NCBI RefSeq assembly: GCF_964355755.1
Contig: NC_092676.1
Span: forward strand, 10,083,888-10,147,887
Length of the DNA: 64,000 nt
Direction: 5' to 3'
Source: Antedon mediterranea
Lineage: Eukaryota > Animalia > Echinodermata
Shown here: positions 61,001 through 64,000 of the stretch, piece after piece
Position numbering within the stretch: position 1 is the first letter of the stretch
Layout of the letters: the number at the start of each line of letters is the position of its first letter
The notes under the pieces: generated by a model
What the model was told of the DNA's origin: nothing
The model's input: only the letters and a program-made list of their open reading frames with translations
Databases searched by the model: none
Position numbers and translations under genes: made by a program

Positions 61001-63576
61001 AGAACACAATACATGTGCATTATGGGAACACTGAAATAGAACACAATACGCACACTACATACACACTGAAATAGAACACAATACATGCATTATGGGAACA
61101 CTGAAATAGAACACAATACACACACTACATACACACTGAAATAGAACACAATACATGTGCATTATGGGAACACTGAAATAGAACACAATACGCACACTAC
61201 ATACACACTGAAATAGAACACAATACACACACTACATACACACTGAAATAGAACACAATACATGCATTATGGGAACACTGAAATAGAACACAATACGCAC
61301 ACTACATACACACTGAAATAGAACACAATACATGTGCATTATGGGAACACTGAAATAGAACACAATACGCACACTACATACACACTGAAATAGAACACAA
61401 TACATGTGCATTATGGGAACACTGAAATAGAACACAATACACACACTACATACACACTGAAATAGAACACAATACATGTGCATTATGGGAACACTGAAAT
61501 AGAACACAATACGCACACTACATACACAATGAAATAGAACACAATACATGCATTATGGGAACACTGAAATAGAACACAATACACACACTACATACACACT
61601 GAAATAGAACACAATACATGCATTATGTGAACACTGAAATAGAACACAATACACACACTACATACATACTGAAATAGAACACAATACATGTGCATTATGT
61701 GAACACTGAAATAGAACACAATACGCACACTACATACACACTGAAATAGAACACAATACATGTGCATTATGTGAACACTGAAATAGAACACAATACGCAC
61801 ACTACATACACAATGAAATAGAACACAATACATGCATTATGGGAACACTGAAATAGACCACAATACGCACACTACATACACACTGAAATAGAACACAATA
61901 CGCACACTACATACACACTGAAATAGAACACAATACGCACACTACATACACAATGAAATAGAACACAATACATGCATTATGGGAACACTGAAATAGAACA
62001 CAATACGCACACTACATACACAATGAAATAGAACACAATACATGCATTATGGGAACACTGAAATAGAACACAATACGCACACTACATACACACTGAAATA
62101 GAACACAATACATGCATTATGGGAACACTGAAATAGAACACAATACGCACACTACATACACACTGAAATAGAACACAATACATGCATTATGGGAACACTG
62201 AAATAGAACACAATACGCACACTACATACACAATGAAATAGAACACAATACATGTGCATTATGTGAACACTGAAATAGAACACAATACGCACACTACATA
62301 CACAATGAAATAGAACACAATACATGTGCATTATGTGAACACTGAAATAGAACACAATACACACACTACATACACACTGAAATAGAACACAATACGCACA
62401 CTACATACACACTGAAATAGAACACAATACATGTGCATTATGGGAACACTGAAATAGAACACAATATGCACACTACATACACAATGAAATAGAACACAAT
62501 ACATGCATTATGTGAACACTGAAATAGAACACAATACGCACACTACATACACACTGAAATAGAACACAATACATGAGCATTATGGGAACACTGAAATAGA
62601 ACACAATACGCACACTACATACACACTGAAATAGAACACAATACATGCATTATGTGAACACTGAAATAGAACACAATACGCACACTACATACACAATGAA
62701 ATAGAACACAATACATGCATTATGGGAACACTGAAATAGAACACAATACACACACTACATACACACTGAAATAGAACACAATACGCACACTACATACACA
62801 CTGAAATAGAACACAATACATGCATTATGGGAACACTGAAATAGAACACAATACGCACACTACATACACAATGAAATAGAACACAATACATGCATTATGG
62901 GAACACTGAAATAGAACACAATACACACACTACATACACACTGAAATAGAACACAATACATGTGCATTATGGGAACACTGAAATAGACCACAATACACAC
63001 ACTACATACACACTGAAATAGAACACAATACATGCATTATGGGAACACTGAAATAGAACACAATACGCACACTACATACACAATGAAATAGAACACAATA
63101 CATGCATTATGGGAACACTGAAATAGAACACAATACACACACTACATACACACTGAAATAGAACACAATACATGTGCATTATGGGAACACTGAAATAGAC
63201 CACAATACGCACACTACATACACACTGAAATAGAACACAATACATGCATTATGGGAACACTGAAATAGAACACAATACGCACATTACATACACACTGAAA
63301 TAGAACACAATACATTTCCAGAAAGTTGTCTTCACACTATGCAAACCTGGTTGCATACTGTACTTGTTACTTTTTGCAGGTGTGAAAATGGTATTATTGT
63401 ACCTTTATGCAAAGATCAAAATGACTGCCCTCATCATCACCAGATTTCTCCAACATAGACTTGTTGGTTTCTATAAGGAAAATAACAGCATCCTTGGTAG
63501 AAAACCTGCTATCAAAGAAGGCTTCGTCGTCCTCATCTTCATCATCACCACTGAAAAAGTTTTGCCAATTAGACAT
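40097..63576 (-). CDS. XRCC6: Ku70, X-ray repair cross-complementing protein 6 (NHEJ DNA end-binding), ~600 aa
   Basis: 14 coding exons: 63576-63403, 60078-59956, 59475-59421, 57343-57250, 56510-56324, 55512-55352, 55170-55074, 46033-45919, 45300-45083, 44010-43899, 43079-42918, 42074-41968, 41801-41718, 40210-40097. Total 1803 nt, all GT-AG, phases consistent. Ku70 motifs: DAVIFLIE, KIISSDKDLIGVVFFGT, ALWCCSNMF, KRILLFTNNDNPH, LVLLGFK, PPGFHIVFLPFSDD, FENPDVQ, and a C-terminal SAP domain LAKLTVADLRSFC..TGKKSELVDRV. Confidence 0.96.
40271..41095. mobile_element. Non-autonomous Academ-like DNA transposon in Ku70 intron 13
   Basis: ~140-bp TIRs, TAG...CTA termini (tagcctgggtgcag / ctgcacccaggcta), 3-bp TSD ttt. 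Confidence 0.8.
42231..42793 (-). mobile_element. Helentron-associated element family A (uninterrupted copy)
   Basis: Reverse complement of 8058-8536 + 9330-9420. Confidence 0.8.
43184..43874. mobile_element. Inverted-repeat element with two adjacent IR modules (possibly Crypton-derived)
   Basis: IR1 acaaataatgaatgttt...aaacattcattatttgt (43184-43335); IR2 tatataacatctaaatagattcctgtcatttga / tcaaatgacaggaatttatttaggtgttatata (43337-43874). Its interior is shared with 14788-15125. Confidence 0.55.
46365..46646. mobile_element. Harbinger-like MITE (gtctacacta family) with ~135-bp internal insert
   Basis: TIR aactctgtctacactatcaaact / agtttgatagtgtagacaagagtt; TTA/TAA flanks. Confidence 0.72.
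48600..49400 (+). mobile_element. Degenerate RTE-like LINE RT fragment inside the Academ-like element
   Basis: DYQKAFDSIK (~49195) and VRQGDT..IFT..LEEVF (~49305). The 5' boundary is approximate. Confidence 0.55.
50530..50664. mobile_element. gtctacacta-family MITE at the centre of a ~50-bp-arm palindrome (50480-50731)
   Basis: Same family as 3433 and 46365; flanked by gagagggggaggtggttgggg / ccccaaccccctcccctctctc arms. Confidence 0.7.
55755..55932 (+). mobile_element. tRNA-headed SINE with Deu/Nin-like domain (truncated)
   Basis: A-box tggccgagcgg, B-box ggattcgagac, then tcggataaggactataaaccgtaggtcc...taaagaacc...gagtagggg, resembling the Deu/Nin domain. Confidence 0.6.
57525..59400. repeat. 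14-bp minisatellite (gactgtaatatgtt / gattgtaatacatt) in Ku70 intron 3, split by a LINE
   Basis: Tandem arrays at 57525-58040 and 58713-59400. Confidence 0.92.
58076..58713 (+). mobile_element. 5'-truncated LINE 3' end (probably RTEX clade), 177-aa open frame
   Basis: ORF 58083-58616 (YLGHVIS..DIKRQYRSLCIRANSLVRKFSMCS..VKCVLFRTYC..LW); 3' UTR ctatggacc..gaaataaa followed by (GAAT)n. Confidence 0.78.
60100..63315. repeat. ~35-bp minisatellite (two alternating variants, about 90 units) filling Ku70 coding intron 1
   Basis: Unit A ctgaaatagaacacaatacgcacactacatacaca; unit B ctgaaatagaacacaatacatgcattatgggaaca. Confidence 0.95.
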
Positions 63577-63667
63577 GGCAATTTGGATTGCGTTTGGGAA
63601 ACCTGAAAGGAATCAGACTATTGGTTAAAGTACTATATGCATAGCATCATACTTTTCTTGGCAGGCT

Positions 63668-63965
63668 TGGTATCGCCCGGTAGGGTTTTATGATATAAAA
63701 TGTTATCAAGTACATGAACACTTTATTTAATGTTATTGTGATATTATTGTACGTTTTATACATTTTCAATGTAAAAACTGTAAAAATACTGATAGGTTTT
63801 ATTCCGAACCCCTCTGTGATAAGCCTCTGTGATAAGTGATGTTTTGTTGGTTTTGAAGCATTGTGACGAATGAAAAGTTTAACAATATTTTAACTGATTT
63901 GTTTCTGGAACATGTGTACTTTACATCATTTTATATCACCAAACCCTAACAGGCGATACTGGACT
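63668..63965. mobile_element. MITE in Ku70 5'-UTR intron
   Basis: TIR gtatcgcccggtagggttttatgatataaaatg / cattttatatcaccaaaccctaacaggcgatac. The exon containing the ATG has an upstream acceptor (cctttcag, 63603-63610). Confidence 0.65.
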
Positions 63966-64000
63966 ACTGGGCATAGATTAGAATGACCCTAGGCCTATAC

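Noticed and set aside
60100-63315. CRISPR-like pattern (constant 19-bp block with 16-18-bp 'spacers') and ORFs such as MYCVLFHCVCSVRIVFYFSV
   Set aside because: The spacers are only two recurring variants, there are no cas genes, and the context is a eukaryotic intron. The ORFs are translations of the minisatellite.

Overview
AT-rich, intron- and repeat-rich animal genomic DNA, probably from a marine invertebrate deuterostome such as an echinoderm (inferred from the gene and repeat types, not proven). The only clearly intact gene is Ku70/XRCC6 on the minus strand: 14 coding exons from 63576 to 40097, about 600 aa, hand-spliced with consistent phases. Two plus-strand genes look disabled. One is a class I SAM methyltransferase (12370-13740) with two decayed upstream tandem copies. 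The other is a type I membrane receptor (signal peptide, SRCR, 5x HYR, mucin stalk, TM, tail; 16708-29501) whose SRCR exon is split by a P-element-like MITE. A relic of tandem coiled-coil exons lies at 33.6-35.1 kb. The rest is mostly mobile DNA: RTE, CR1/Crack, probable RTEX and Penelope retroelements, SINEs, Helitron/Helentron elements, and Harbinger-, Academ-, MULE- and P-like DNA elements, often nested. Most notable: (1) a 3.2-kb minisatellite built from copies of the Ku70 exon-2 splice acceptor; (2) a 2A ribosome-skipping motif heading a LINE ORF; (3) a palindromic array of decayed tRNA-Gly(GCC) units; (4) a multi-level transposon nest in Ku70 intron 7. All coordinates were read by eye and no searches were run.
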